Shown piece after piece: positions 1 through 9,320 of a stretch of 64,000 nucleotides of DNA. The stretch is from a virus (taxonomy: Duplodnaviria > Caudoviricetes). Position 1 is the first letter of the stretch, and each line of letters begins with the position of its first letter. The position numbers and the translations under genes were made by a program. Location: positions 32,001 through 96,000 of the IMG/VR virus record IMGVR_UViG_3300042900_000746; one strand, given 5' to 3'. The notes under the pieces are model-generated. The model was given only the letters and a program-made list of their open reading frames with translations, made no database searches and was not told the DNA's origin.

Positions 1-1050
1 TTCTCCACATGGATTAGTTCCAATAACTTTATTGTCATTGACCTTTTCGCCAAGTCTACCATTCTTGCGAATTAAATTACGGTTAATCAAACCATACGGC
101 TCACCAGATCCATCATAACCCTTCCAGAATTCATCAATTATTTCGTCATATGAATCTGCGTAGATTGAGTTATTAGAGTTTGCACGCCAAGCTGGGATAT
201 CTCCCTTGCCCCAATTCTTAGCCTTTAAGAAGAGGAAGTCATCAGGATCTCCAATGGCGATTTGAGCAGAACGGCGAGCAGAGCCAGCTACTACTATTTT
301 GCCTATTATGTTAGCGATATCTAGGGCATCGATGGAACGAATTTTCTTTCCAACTCTAGCATTAAGAATGTCGCATATATTTAGAATTCCCTCAATCAGA
401 ACTTCAGGGCCTGATGCTGTTCCCCCAAATGTCTTGAGAGTTGCGCCATATCCACGAACTAGAATAGTGCTATAAGTAAAAGATTCTCCAGTTTCAAAGT
501 AACTCTTAAGAACTTTACCAAGCAGAGCTGACCAACCATTGCGTGAATCACCTACAATAAAGTCAGCATCGTTAGTTTTTTCATGGCGAACATATCCCAC
601 ATTTTGTACTTTAGGGAAATCGTGGACGCTAGCTCTTTCGACTGTAAAACCGACTCCACCGCCAACCATTAAATGATCCATTAGGAATTGAAAATCTTCA
701 ACCTTTGAGATTGTTGTCATCCAACAGTTCACTAAAGAAACACCACTCATTTTTTCCACCAAGGGTGTCCCTAATTGCCACAAGCAGCGCCCAGCAAAAA
801 TACCCTTAAGGTTAAAGATGTAATCAAATAATCTTTCGGCTTCTTCTTTCGTGTAATTCGCCCCAATTGCTTGTGCACCGTTAATACAGCGTTCGATTGT
901 TTCATGCCAGTATTCTTTGCGACCAAGGGATTCAATATCTCTTGAATAAGTTCTGCGATAGACTATTTCCCCTAAACCATTAAAGCCCCAAGGTGCTTTT
1001 TTATCTGCGTATGAATTAACGAATTCTTTTGAAAGAATAATATTTTCCAT
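1..1050 (-). CDS. nrdJ: Class II (adenosylcobalamin-dependent) ribonucleotide reductase, RTPR-type; 3'-truncated by the window edge
   Basis: Not in the ORF track because there is no stop in the window. Manual translation from ATG 1050 gives MENIILSKEFVNSYADKKAPWGFNGLGEIVYRRTYSR...AGRCLWQLG...LVNCW...LMVGGGVGF...RRSAQIAIG...GEPYG...GTNPCGE; the catalytic NPCGE motif lies at the window edge. Confidence 0.93.
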   Translation of the reverse strand, partial: MENIILSKEFVNSYADKKAPWGFNGLGEIVYRRTYSRDIESLGRKEYWHETIERCINGAQAIGANYTKEEAERLFDYIFNLKGIFAGRCLWQLGTPLVEKMSGVSLVNCWMTTISKVEDFQFLMDHLMVGGGVGFTVERASVHDFPKVQNVGYVRHEKTNDADFIVGDSRNGWSALLGKVLKSYFETGESFTYSTILVRGYGATLKTFGGTASGPEVLIEGILNICDILNARVGKKIRSIDALDIANIIGKIVVAGSARRSAQIAIGDPDDFLFLKAKNWGKGDIPAWRANSNNSIYADSYDEIIDEFWKGYDGSGEPYGLINRNLIRKNGRLGEKVNDNKVIGTNPCGE

Positions 1051-1053
1051 TTG

Positions 1054-1764
1054 TTATGCTCCTATTTTATTTTCTATTTTTCTTATGTATTTAGGGTTTA
1101 TTTTAGCTATCTCTGTTGATTTTATCTTGCATATTTGATCTAATGTATACACTTTGTGTATTTGCTTTTCAAAAAAGTATCCACTTCGCCAATTGAATAC
1201 TTTATTTACAAATACTTTATGATTTACAAACATATTACATATTACTGCTCCACCATAGGCTTTGACAATATTCTTAAATTTATTTTCAATATCCTCACGA
1301 TTACTATCGTTTATGCAGTCATGACTTACTGCTGACTCATATAGCCAGTTATAAGCCTGCCTAGTCATTGGTGCTATATCAATTGGCTCTACAATACCAA
1401 GGGTTATTATTTTATTTCTATTCTTAGATATTTCGAGATCTTCTTTTAGAACATCTATAAATATCTTAAACCAATCATCTCTGTAGAACTGTTTCCACGC
1501 AGTACACCAAAATAATAGATTACTAGGCGGGTCTGGTATGGGCGTATTTTCCACTAGAGGAAGTATAGTAGCGCAAGCTACTGCTCGTTTAATGTGGTCT
1601 TTTGCTTCAGTTTCGTTACTAAATTTGTTCATTGAGTTTTTCCACAGAGCAGCTATGTGTTCTGACCAATTTATATCTGCTATGTACAGTTTCAAGTACT
1701 TTTCTGCAACAGAAAGTGGAAGGCTATTGCTACTAATGGCTTCTTCTATTTCTTTCATTGACAT
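1054..1764 (-). CDS. Hypothetical protein (236 aa) directly upstream of nrdJ
   Basis: Long ORF with a GAAGGA RBS-like sequence and a 3-nt gap to nrdJ; no recognisable motif. Confidence 0.8.
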   Translation of the reverse strand: MSMKEIEEAISSNSLPLSVAEKYLKLYIADINWSEHIAALWKNSMNKFSNETEAKDHIKRAVACATILPLVENTPIPDPPSNLLFWCTAWKQFYRDDWFKIFIDVLKEDLEISKNRNKIITLGIVEPIDIAPMTRQAYNWLYESAVSHDCINDSNREDIENKFKNIVKAYGGAVICNMFVNHKVFVNKVFNWRSGYFFEKQIHKVYTLDQICKIKSTEIAKINPKYIRKIENKIGA

Positions 1765-1821
1765 TTAAAATCCTTCATAAAATCGGATAAACACACTAAA
1801 AGGTATAAAAGGCTGGCATGA

Positions 1822-1857
1822 ATAAGACAACCCCGCCATTAAGGCGGGGCTGCTTAT
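1822..1857 (-). terminator. GC-rich hairpin, probable intrinsic terminator at the end of the late operon
   Basis: Minus strand reads ATAAG-CAGCCCCGCC-TTAAT-GGCGGGGTTG-T-CTTATT. Strong stem, weak U-tract, downstream of the holin. Confidence 0.6.
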
Positions 1858-1882
1858 AGTATTTACTTCCTGCATACACATC

Positions 1883-1891
1883 ATTATAGCA
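1883..1891 (-). promoter_or_regulatory. Extended -10 promoter element TGcTATAAT
   Basis: Exact TG-N-TATAAT on the minus strand in intergenic DNA, pointing toward the 236-aa gene and nrdJ. Confidence 0.55.
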
Positions 1892-1923
1892 TGTGTTACT
1901 GGAGACTTGTGTGAGATTACGGA

Positions 1924-2121
1924 TTATTTGATTGTTGCTGCACTTTCGGGATCGCCCATTTTTGTTGCGACCAAACCTTTAACAACACTTATTGCTGCTG
2001 CAACCGCAGCTGTGGCAGCTGATTTGATTTCATCAACACCACCTACGGTATATACGGCTATAAAAGCTTGCGCTGCTGTCCAAATAGCTCTTTCTAAAAT
2101 ATCTTTTTGTAATTTATTCAT
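1924..2121 (-). CDS. Holin, r1t-like family (65 aa)
   Basis: Pattern ILERAIWTAAQAFIAV...AATAAVAAAISVVKGL...GDPESA: two hydrophobic segments and the ERAxxTxAQ signature typical of r1t-like actinophage holins. Confidence 0.75.
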   Translation of the reverse strand: MNKLQKDILERAIWTAAQAFIAVYTVGGVDEIKSAATAAVAAAISVVKGLVATKMGDPESAATIK

Positions 2122-2131
2122 AATACCTACC

Positions 2132-2380
2132 TTAGGAAAAATTCTTTCTAATTAGCTTCTCTATAAGAAGATGAAAAGTTAAACCTAGCCACACTCCTGT
2201 GAATATACTTCCTGTTATTTTATTTTCTGTATGCCTCCAAAAAGCTCGAGTTAGTGTCTCGATTTTTTTGGACTTTATAGCATATATATCATACACTATA
2301 ATACCAAGGGCTAAACCGCCCCAAGCTATAGCCCCACTTTTTTTATCATCTTTTTCTAAGATGAGTGGGGTGCCAAACAT
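2132..2380 (-). CDS. Small membrane protein (82 aa), possible lysis accessory
   Basis: Likely start ATG 2380 (MFGTPL...), right after the upstream stop; the ORF track starts at 2470. Two hydrophobic helices: AIAWGGLALGIIVYDIY and IFTGVWLGLTFHLLI. Confidence 0.7.
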   Translation of the reverse strand: MFGTPLILEKDDKKSGAIAWGGLALGIIVYDIYAIKSKKIETLTRAFWRHTENKITGSIFTGVWLGLTFHLLIEKLIRKNFS

Positions 2381-2381
2381 T

Positions 2382-3011
2382 TTAGAGAGCTTTAGCGGAA
2401 GCAACTCCGTTAAATTCCTTAACCTTTTCACGACCATAATCTCCAGTAGTATTTGCTTGACCGTAACCACTAGTGAATACTACGGTACTGGGAACACCTT
2501 TGAATTCATTTGGTTGGAAGAACCCGAAAGACGAGGGAGCTCCCTGCGCTTCCGTACGCTGAGCGTGGCCAGTGTTGGCAAAAATGTTAGCTGAGGGGAC
2601 ACCGTCAAATATGTAATTATCATATAAGGCGTAGTCATTGCTTCTATTGATTGCATGTCCAAATGTTGAAGGGAATGCAGATGCGCCAGCTAAGCCTTTG
2701 AATTCCTGTGGTCTGAATCTTGCACCATCATACTGTGCGCCGTCTTGGAAGGTTCCAGATAGTGGGTGAATATACAGAGTGGTACCATTGAATAACTGGG
2801 ACAGGAATCTGTTTCCAGGGAACTGACCGGTGCCAGGAGCAAAATGATTGTCAGGAGCGCCATCTAAAACATGGCTTGTGCTATATAGCGGATAGAAAGA
2901 ATAAGTGCCAGTGCCCTTAGCCTTTCCTGTCATTGATGTATATGGATTAACCATTCCAGCAGTGGTTCTACCCTTTAAAACTGGTCTAGGTCCTACGTAA
3001 AAAGTGGCCAT
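2382..3011 (-). CDS. Hypothetical Gly/aromatic-rich protein (209 aa), probably virion-associated
   Basis: Strong RBS (AAGGAGA), upstream TACTAT motif, and internal repeats of the form (E/I)F(K/N/D)G(V/L)x(S/G). Confidence 0.75.
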   Translation of the reverse strand: MATFYVGPRPVLKGRTTAGMVNPYTSMTGKAKGTGTYSFYPLYSTSHVLDGAPDNHFAPGTGQFPGNRFLSQLFNGTTLYIHPLSGTFQDGAQYDGARFRPQEFKGLAGASAFPSTFGHAINRSNDYALYDNYIFDGVPSANIFANTGHAQRTEAQGAPSSFGFFQPNEFKGVPSTVVFTSGYGQANTTGDYGREKVKEFNGVASAKAL

Positions 3012-3040
3012 TTATTTTCTCCTTATGAAAACTACGTGAC

Positions 3041-3050
3041 TTTATAGTAC
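3041..3050 (-). promoter_or_regulatory. Putative late-promoter motif GTACTATAAA
   Basis: TACTAT core about 32 nt upstream of the 3011 start; the same motif occurs upstream of three other structural genes. Confidence 0.5.
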
Positions 3051-3073
3051 AGAAAAATTTCCTTTTTTAAACA

Positions 3074-4327
3074 TTACTCATAATTAATAATTAAATCAGT
3101 TAACGTTGGGGCTGTTTTATCATCTAACATATTCAATGTAACCTCTATCCACACTGAGTTAGAGGCGCCAGGATTACTTAAGGTGTAGGTGCCAGAATCG
3201 TTATAGATGACTCTATAACTAAAGGCACTACTCATAAGGCTTGAGGGGACATTGTATATTTTAGGAGTGACGTTAGTCACATTTTCAATAACGTCACCGT
3301 CTGGTGCAGTGAACTTAATAATTGTTCTGCCACTTGATAAGAACTTTTCATATCTGATATCCAGGTCTGATAATCCATATGTGTAGATAGCTTTTCCGAG
3401 TTCAGTAAAATAATTTCTTTGAATAAACTTGATTCTTATTGCAGTTATATCAGTATCTGGGAAAGTGAATGCTACGGGTGGACAATTTCTTATGGTGTCA
3501 GCGCCTGTTGTGGACCAACCTCCTGGTGGTACTTTGCCTATGGCTTCTGTAGTTCCATCGTAGTATGCTTTTTTGTTTAAGGGAGTCCATCCATCAGAAT
3601 CAGCTAGTGCTGGATTCTGCTTAGAACTGTATTCAATGCTGACTAGATCTACACCAAAAGCAGGATAGGGGTTTATCTTAATCATATTAGTTTTTAGCGA
3701 CCCCGCTGCTTCTGCAGGTATTTTTACATAGAGCATCATCTGTGCTCCAGCCATAGATGTTGACTCAACTATTACATTTCTTTTCCAAACTTTATCAGGA
3801 GCATCTAGAATAGCATTATAAATTGGTGTAGTATCAATAACTGCACCGTTTCCATCTACCCCTGCAAAATTTGTATCTATTTTAGCCTTAAAAAACTCTG
3901 GCACTACTTGACCGGCAGTCGGGCTAGTGAATTTTAATTTAGAAAATGAACCGCTAGAAACTTTTGGTAAAGAAATGGTATTATATATAGGATCAAAGCT
4001 AAGAAGTTCCGTTCCAGATACAGCGAATGAGGAACCAACTAGAGTCGAATAATCTATTTGACTAAAGGAGTGCAGCGAAATAGTATTGGATGTAGCCTCT
4101 AAAGCGCTTACTCTATTGGTAAGATCTTCTACAGCTGAGGATAAGAATTTATGATCTTTAATAACTCTTTCAAAAGCCTGGGATAATTTATTATCAATAA
4201 TGTTAGATTTGTTATAGAGATAAACTAAATCTTTATAATTTTCTTCTACTCTTTCATTGTAATCAGAACTTTCGACAGGACCGTTATATTGATAGTCTCT
4301 TTTTTTAGTGTTAAGTATGTCAGCCAT
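3074..4327 (-). CDS. Baseplate/tail structural protein, paralog family member (about 417 aa)
   Basis: N-terminal coiled coil followed by a beta-rich body; shares motifs with the 708, 820 and 876-aa neighbours. Start is 4327 or 4339. Confidence 0.7.
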   Translation of the reverse strand: MADILNTKKRDYQYNGPVESSDYNERVEENYKDLVYLYNKSNIIDNKLSQAFERVIKDHKFLSSAVEDLTNRVSALEATSNTISLHSFSQIDYSTLVGSSFAVSGTELLSFDPIYNTISLPKVSSGSFSKLKFTSPTAGQVVPEFFKAKIDTNFAGVDGNGAVIDTTPIYNAILDAPDKVWKRNVIVESTSMAGAQMMLYVKIPAEAAGSLKTNMIKINPYPAFGVDLVSIEYSSKQNPALADSDGWTPLNKKAYYDGTTEAIGKVPPGGWSTTGADTIRNCPPVAFTFPDTDITAIRIKFIQRNYFTELGKAIYTYGLSDLDIRYEKFLSSGRTIIKFTAPDGDVIENVTNVTPKIYNVPSSLMSSAFSYRVIYNDSGTYTLSNPGASNSVWIEVTLNMLDDKTAPTLTDLIINYE

Positions 4328-4328
4328 A

Positions 4329-4724
4329 TTAATTGCCATTCTCTAATCTTTGTATTTTATTTAGTAAACGAGAAAGTTTAGAACTGATCTTATTCATTAC
4401 ATCTATTTCTAAAGCTTCTTCCACTGAACCATCTTTGTCTATAAAAATATTTACATCATCTATAGAGTAAGTTAATCCATCATTTAAATTTACTGCATTA
4501 GTGACATCTGCAGGTTCTCCGATAAGGTAACTTAATTTATTTAAAATATCTATATCTATAGATTCTAGCTCATTTAATATTCTAGTTAAATCTAATTGTA
4601 GAAAATTAGTTTCCAAATTTTCACATTGACTTTCTCTACTTCCTCTAAATCTTACCCTATTTACTTGAAATAGTGGTTCCCTAATTCTTTGGGTAATTTT
4701 TGGATTATTATAAGTTGTAGCCAT
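4329..4724 (-). CDS. Small coiled-coil structural protein (about 131 aa)
   Basis: Likely ATG 4724 with an AGAGGA RBS (ORF track starts at 4739). The N-terminal FRGSRES resembles YNGPVES of the next gene. Confidence 0.7.
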   Translation of the reverse strand: MATTYNNPKITQRIREPLFQVNRVRFRGSRESQCENLETNFLQLDLTRILNELESIDIDILNKLSYLIGEPADVTNAVNLNDGLTYSIDDVNIFIDKDGSVEEALEIDVMNKISSKLSRLLNKIQRLENGN

Positions 4725-4735
4725 TTTTCCTCTTA

Positions 4736-6862
4736 TCAACTATCATTATGTTTAAATTTAACTCTAATAGAATCTATTAAAGGAGTTTGAAGTGGATTTT
4801 CATACCTTATTAAATCTGCCCTATATCTTACGGCGGTAACCGTATCTAACGCATTCGAATAGTAATTAAGCAAAGATTTTCCAGAGATTTCTCTTGAAGA
4901 CAAAATTTCTCTTCTTGTATAAAAGGGAGCTATTGTGAATAAATTAGCGCTTATATCTGATCTTCTTTTGAATTCCATGGGATCTAAATATGAGAAATAA
5001 TTCAAGAACATAGTTCCATAGTCAATCAAATTTTTATTAGACATTAAATCAAAATTAATAAGTCCGGAAAAATTCTTATCATAAGTGACAACTATATTAT
5101 TAATTCCAGTAATAAAGTTCCATTCAATAGTAGAAGAAATTACACCGGACGGCAGGTCAGCTATCAGATTACCATTTAAATATATTGCTAAATTAAAATC
5201 ATCTCTACTTTTTGTAACTTTGTGAGATACTTTATATTCTTTAGTTGTTAATAATTTTGTTTCCATTAAACCAACTCTTACACCATATATCCCTGGTGCT
5301 ATATTGCTAATTTGATCTTTTACAATATCTGTATTTAATTCATTAACATCATTAATGGCTATTTTTTCTGTCCAAATATTTAAAGATTTATAATATTCTA
5401 CATTTGAATTTCCAGGTGTTATATGATAGTGCTTATAGCAATTTAAATCAGCTAAAATATATGGATCTATAAATTGATCGCTAGCATTGACGGCCTCAAT
5501 GCGGTACACTTCTTTATCGGTACCAGGCAGAATTGTTGGATTAGCCTCATTAACATTTTCTGGATTAGGATTAATCGGAATAGAGCTTGAATCCTCACCC
5601 GGAACACCTATGTATCTTGATTGTACACTTGAACCACTAAGGTTGACAATTTTTTGTGCAGTGGCGTTAGTCGATGAAGTTGGTTCGATAGGTATCCAAT
5701 TGAACTCAGCAATTTGTTTAGCGCTTGTGGTATCGGCTGCAACGTAATATTTTATATCTGTTCCAGACAATATTTGATCTTTCGTTTCAATTGAAACTGA
5801 ATTGATTGTCAATTTATTATTGTCTGAAACTGGAATTGAAATTGGAGCAGAAACTATTACTGCTGATTTATCATAGTAGTCTGCATTTATTACTAACTCT
5901 CTAATCCCAAATTTATATGTATAGGGATTTATTGAATTATTTTCTATTTGATCTGGTTCAGTTTTATAAATAATTATCATTATTTTACTATAAAAATCAG
6001 CTGGGATAGTAAAAGAGAATCTATTATAATCTGTTTTTGAGGTTTGTGATCTCATTTGCTCCGGCTTATTTGTGTCCGTCGGCGTTGCCGTTACATAGAT
6101 CGCGCATGGTGCTGATGTCAATAATGATCCGCTAATTTTAGACAAATTATATGAAGTATTAATTGGTATATTTAATGTCATCACGACCACTGATGGTTCT
6201 GGGGAGTTATGAGTATAAGACCAGTATGTATCATTAAGTCCATCAAAAACAGATTCAAAATCTTGAACATCGACGTTATTGACTACGGGTTGATTATTTG
6301 ACATAATACTATACGTCGCATTTGAGGACGTTATGGTACTTGTTGTGAGCGCATTAGAAATACTGTTGGTTATTTTAGGTATACTAACATTGCCATATAG
6401 TGTATCAATATATGCGGACGTCATATCCATATCAATTGTATCTAAGTTAGAAAAACCTTCTAAATAAGAATAAAAATATCCATCTGAATTTGAGTTTGCA
6501 AATATTAAATCATCTATTTTATTTTCTAATATTTTTCTTTTACTTTTAAGATTATCTAATCTATTATTTAAAGCTGTAACAATAGAAAATATTTCTTGGT
6601 TATTTTCATTCACACAATCATATAATACTTCAACATTAAAAAGTGTATTTGCCATTAACTCATTTATTAGATTTACATCTGTTTTAGCTACTATGTCTAG
6701 CTTTGTGTAGTCTAATGGAATCGGATTTCCAAATTTATATATAGAAAAATACTCTCCAAAAACTTTTTTAATTTCTAGTTCAGAAGGTTTTTTTCCTTGA
6801 GAATATAAAATTTTATATATATTTCCTAAAAATTTTCTTTTTTGGATAGATGATATATTCAT
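4736..6862 (-). CDS. Baseplate/tail structural protein (708 aa)
   Basis: Coiled coil plus beta-sandwich motifs shared with its paralogs; start overlaps the upstream stop. Confidence 0.75.
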   Translation of the reverse strand: MNISSIQKRKFLGNIYKILYSQGKKPSELEIKKVFGEYFSIYKFGNPIPLDYTKLDIVAKTDVNLINELMANTLFNVEVLYDCVNENNQEIFSIVTALNNRLDNLKSKRKILENKIDDLIFANSNSDGYFYSYLEGFSNLDTIDMDMTSAYIDTLYGNVSIPKITNSISNALTTSTITSSNATYSIMSNNQPVVNNVDVQDFESVFDGLNDTYWSYTHNSPEPSVVVMTLNIPINTSYNLSKISGSLLTSAPCAIYVTATPTDTNKPEQMRSQTSKTDYNRFSFTIPADFYSKIMIIIYKTEPDQIENNSINPYTYKFGIRELVINADYYDKSAVIVSAPISIPVSDNNKLTINSVSIETKDQILSGTDIKYYVAADTTSAKQIAEFNWIPIEPTSSTNATAQKIVNLSGSSVQSRYIGVPGEDSSSIPINPNPENVNEANPTILPGTDKEVYRIEAVNASDQFIDPYILADLNCYKHYHITPGNSNVEYYKSLNIWTEKIAINDVNELNTDIVKDQISNIAPGIYGVRVGLMETKLLTTKEYKVSHKVTKSRDDFNLAIYLNGNLIADLPSGVISSTIEWNFITGINNIVVTYDKNFSGLINFDLMSNKNLIDYGTMFLNYFSYLDPMEFKRRSDISANLFTIAPFYTRREILSSREISGKSLLNYYSNALDTVTAVRYRADLIRYENPLQTPLIDSIRVKFKHNDS

Positions 6863-9309
6863 TACTTTTTGACCTTTGCTATTAACTCGTAAGAATAAAT
6901 TAATGGAGTTATATTTGTATTTTTATTCTTTATCATTTCTATTTTAACATAAATTTTATTAACAATATTTGGGACCTTAGGACTATTCAAATATGCTACA
7001 CCGGGAATTTGATATGAATCAGGAATATTTTTATTAAAAACAATCACCTCTGCTATACCCTGGGTGTCTAATTGGACTGGAGAAATTTTCATCCAGTTGC
7101 TTCCATCAGCTGAAATATAATAATTAATATTTATTTTATTAGAAAAAGTATTATCAATATTTGTCTCAACAGATAACATTATTGCCTCTACGGGGGCATC
7201 AAATAGGTATGGTGTAGAGACTATTTCTGCCTGATCAGCGTATGTCTCATAGCTAACGCTTATATCCCTTATTCCTATGGCCAATCTTTTAGCTCTATAC
7301 ATCTCTGTTTCTGCTGTAATTGGAACCACTGGTTCCAAAGTTCTTCCTAGACCAGTATGCGTAATGTATTCAACAGCGGGATTTATGATATTAAGAAGCT
7401 CAGAAGCGGTGGGTAATGATGATGAACTTATGCTAACAAAATTAGTTCTAGATATTCCTGTCACAGTTCCAGGCACTGGGGGCGTTCCACCGGTAACGGT
7501 GTATTTGATGCTAGTTGAACTAGTAATTTCAGACACTCTTACTGACTGAGGTGTTCCACCAAATAATTTTCCAGTACCATCTGTTGCAGTAATATAAGCT
7601 CCAACTTCGAGAAGTTGTACGTCTGTCATTCCAGTTATGGTAGCCGTCCATGGGCCAGCTCCTGCGACTGAACTGACGGTACCAGTAGTACTTATTGGTT
7701 GCTTTATACCATTGATAAATGATATAACAGATTGATAATCTTGATTAGCATCGCTTTCTGATTGAAAATACTTTACTGGTCTTGGATCATCTGCATTTGG
7801 GGGTGCTTCAAAATCTGGAGATTCCTTCCATTGAATGTATCTATCTGGGTCATTTAAATCTGTAGTCCAATTCTGGAAATATACTTTTTCACCATCAATA
7901 TCAAAAGTGATAATGTAGGCATTATACACAACTGGCTTTTTCTTAAGTGTTACTTTAATCGAGCCAGGATTGTTTGTATTTGCCTTGAACTTATTGGGTT
8001 GATGTAAAGGAGGAATTATTATATCTTTATTATATGTCACCTCTTCATAAATGTCCCTACTGAGGACATCTGGATTAAATCTACTTAACCCATAAAATGG
8101 GCTTTCTGTTTCTTCATCTTGAGGATAATTTGGTTTCCAATATAGGTGCTTAATATCTATATCTTGTATTGAATCTTGTTCAAAAATTACTTCAACTTTT
8201 AGTATTTTTCTTTCAGAGAATTTAACTGTAGCTTTATTGTAAAAATAGTTTTGTGCTGATTCAATAGTTAGTGGAGCAAATGATGAACCGATAAATATGG
8301 CTTTATCCAATATGTCTTCTGAGGTACCATCTTCTTTGAATATTCTAATTTGATTGACTTTAACGAAGTTAGACGAACCAAAGTAGGGGACTATATCAAT
8401 AGAGTTTGCATTTGTAGCAACATTTGATTCCATAACAACGGTTAGAACTAATGGCTTAGTTAAGTCATAGTTAGACCAATTAGTTAGAGAACCTGCGCCC
8501 TGAGTTACATCTGATCGAGTTCCAGTTACGTAAGAAAACTCATTATCCGATACTGTATTCTTATTTACTGGACCACTATCCCTATCTACATTTAAGGCTT
8601 CATACTCAAAGTAAGTTAATGGATTTGAATCCATTATACCAGCTACAGAACTAATTGTTGGATTTGATTCAAAAATATACCTATATGAAGATGTCCCATC
8701 TGAACTGGTAGACCTAATAACTTGATGATTGTTTCCCATAAATCCATCAGATGAAGTAATGCTTACCCGATTAGGCGACCATAAACGACTTTTTACTATA
8801 GGTAAAGAAAAGGAACCATTGTATATCTGTGGATTAAAATTAATCTTAACCCTATTGAAATCTACTTGATCTGCGTTATCAAAAGAGTCACCTAAATACA
8901 CAACATCATTTGATGGACTTTGGGTGTACATCTGTAAAATTTTTGCTTTTGAAGCTATTCTTTCGGCGTATCTTTTTTCATTTTCTATCTCAGTAGAAAA
9001 AAGATTGAATGTATTAATTGTTTTAGCGACAAGGTAATCTACATGTTCGGCAATTACATTCATATCATTTGCTAGGTCTTTAGAAAATTTATTAATTTTA
9101 GAGGAGATGGGTGGTTCACCCTTTATGTATGGATCAAATTTAGTCATTGGTCCAGAAATGCCCTGATATATTTCAGACAAAAGTTGATTGTATTTTTCAA
9201 TTCTTTCTTCATTTGTTTTAAAAGAATTTGTTTTTTCTAAGATCATAAAATCTCTAATCTTTAAAAAGATTTGATCATATGCCATTAGGTTTGATGAAAC
9301 TTGTGCCAT
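6862..9309 (-). CDS. Baseplate/tail structural protein (about 815 aa) with an inserted Thr/Gly-rich beta module
   Basis: Likely ATG 9309 with an AGGA RBS (ORF track starts at 9324); carries the paralog-family motifs. Confidence 0.75.
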   Translation of the reverse strand: MAQVSSNLMAYDQIFLKIRDFMILEKTNSFKTNEERIEKYNQLLSEIYQGISGPMTKFDPYIKGEPPISSKINKFSKDLANDMNVIAEHVDYLVAKTINTFNLFSTEIENEKRYAERIASKAKILQMYTQSPSNDVVYLGDSFDNADQVDFNRVKINFNPQIYNGSFSLPIVKSRLWSPNRVSITSSDGFMGNNHQVIRSTSSDGTSSYRYIFESNPTISSVAGIMDSNPLTYFEYEALNVDRDSGPVNKNTVSDNEFSYVTGTRSDVTQGAGSLTNWSNYDLTKPLVLTVVMESNVATNANSIDIVPYFGSSNFVKVNQIRIFKEDGTSEDILDKAIFIGSSFAPLTIESAQNYFYNKATVKFSERKILKVEVIFEQDSIQDIDIKHLYWKPNYPQDEETESPFYGLSRFNPDVLSRDIYEEVTYNKDIIIPPLHQPNKFKANTNNPGSIKVTLKKKPVVYNAYIITFDIDGEKVYFQNWTTDLNDPDRYIQWKESPDFEAPPNADDPRPVKYFQSESDANQDYQSVISFINGIKQPISTTGTVSSVAGAGPWTATITGMTDVQLLEVGAYITATDGTGKLFGGTPQSVRVSEITSSTSIKYTVTGGTPPVPGTVTGISRTNFVSISSSSLPTASELLNIINPAVEYITHTGLGRTLEPVVPITAETEMYRAKRLAIGIRDISVSYETYADQAEIVSTPYLFDAPVEAIMLSVETNIDNTFSNKININYYISADGSNWMKISPVQLDTQGIAEVIVFNKNIPDSYQIPGVAYLNSPKVPNIVNKIYVKIEMIKNKNTNITPLIYSYELIAKVKK

Positions 9310-9320
9310 AATATTTCCTG

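Noticed and set aside
1826-1853. Hairpin CCCCGCC-attaa-GGCGGGG resembling IS200/IS605 or IscB element ends
   Set aside because: There is no transposase, TnpB or IscB gene and no second end nearby; a terminator is the simpler explanation.
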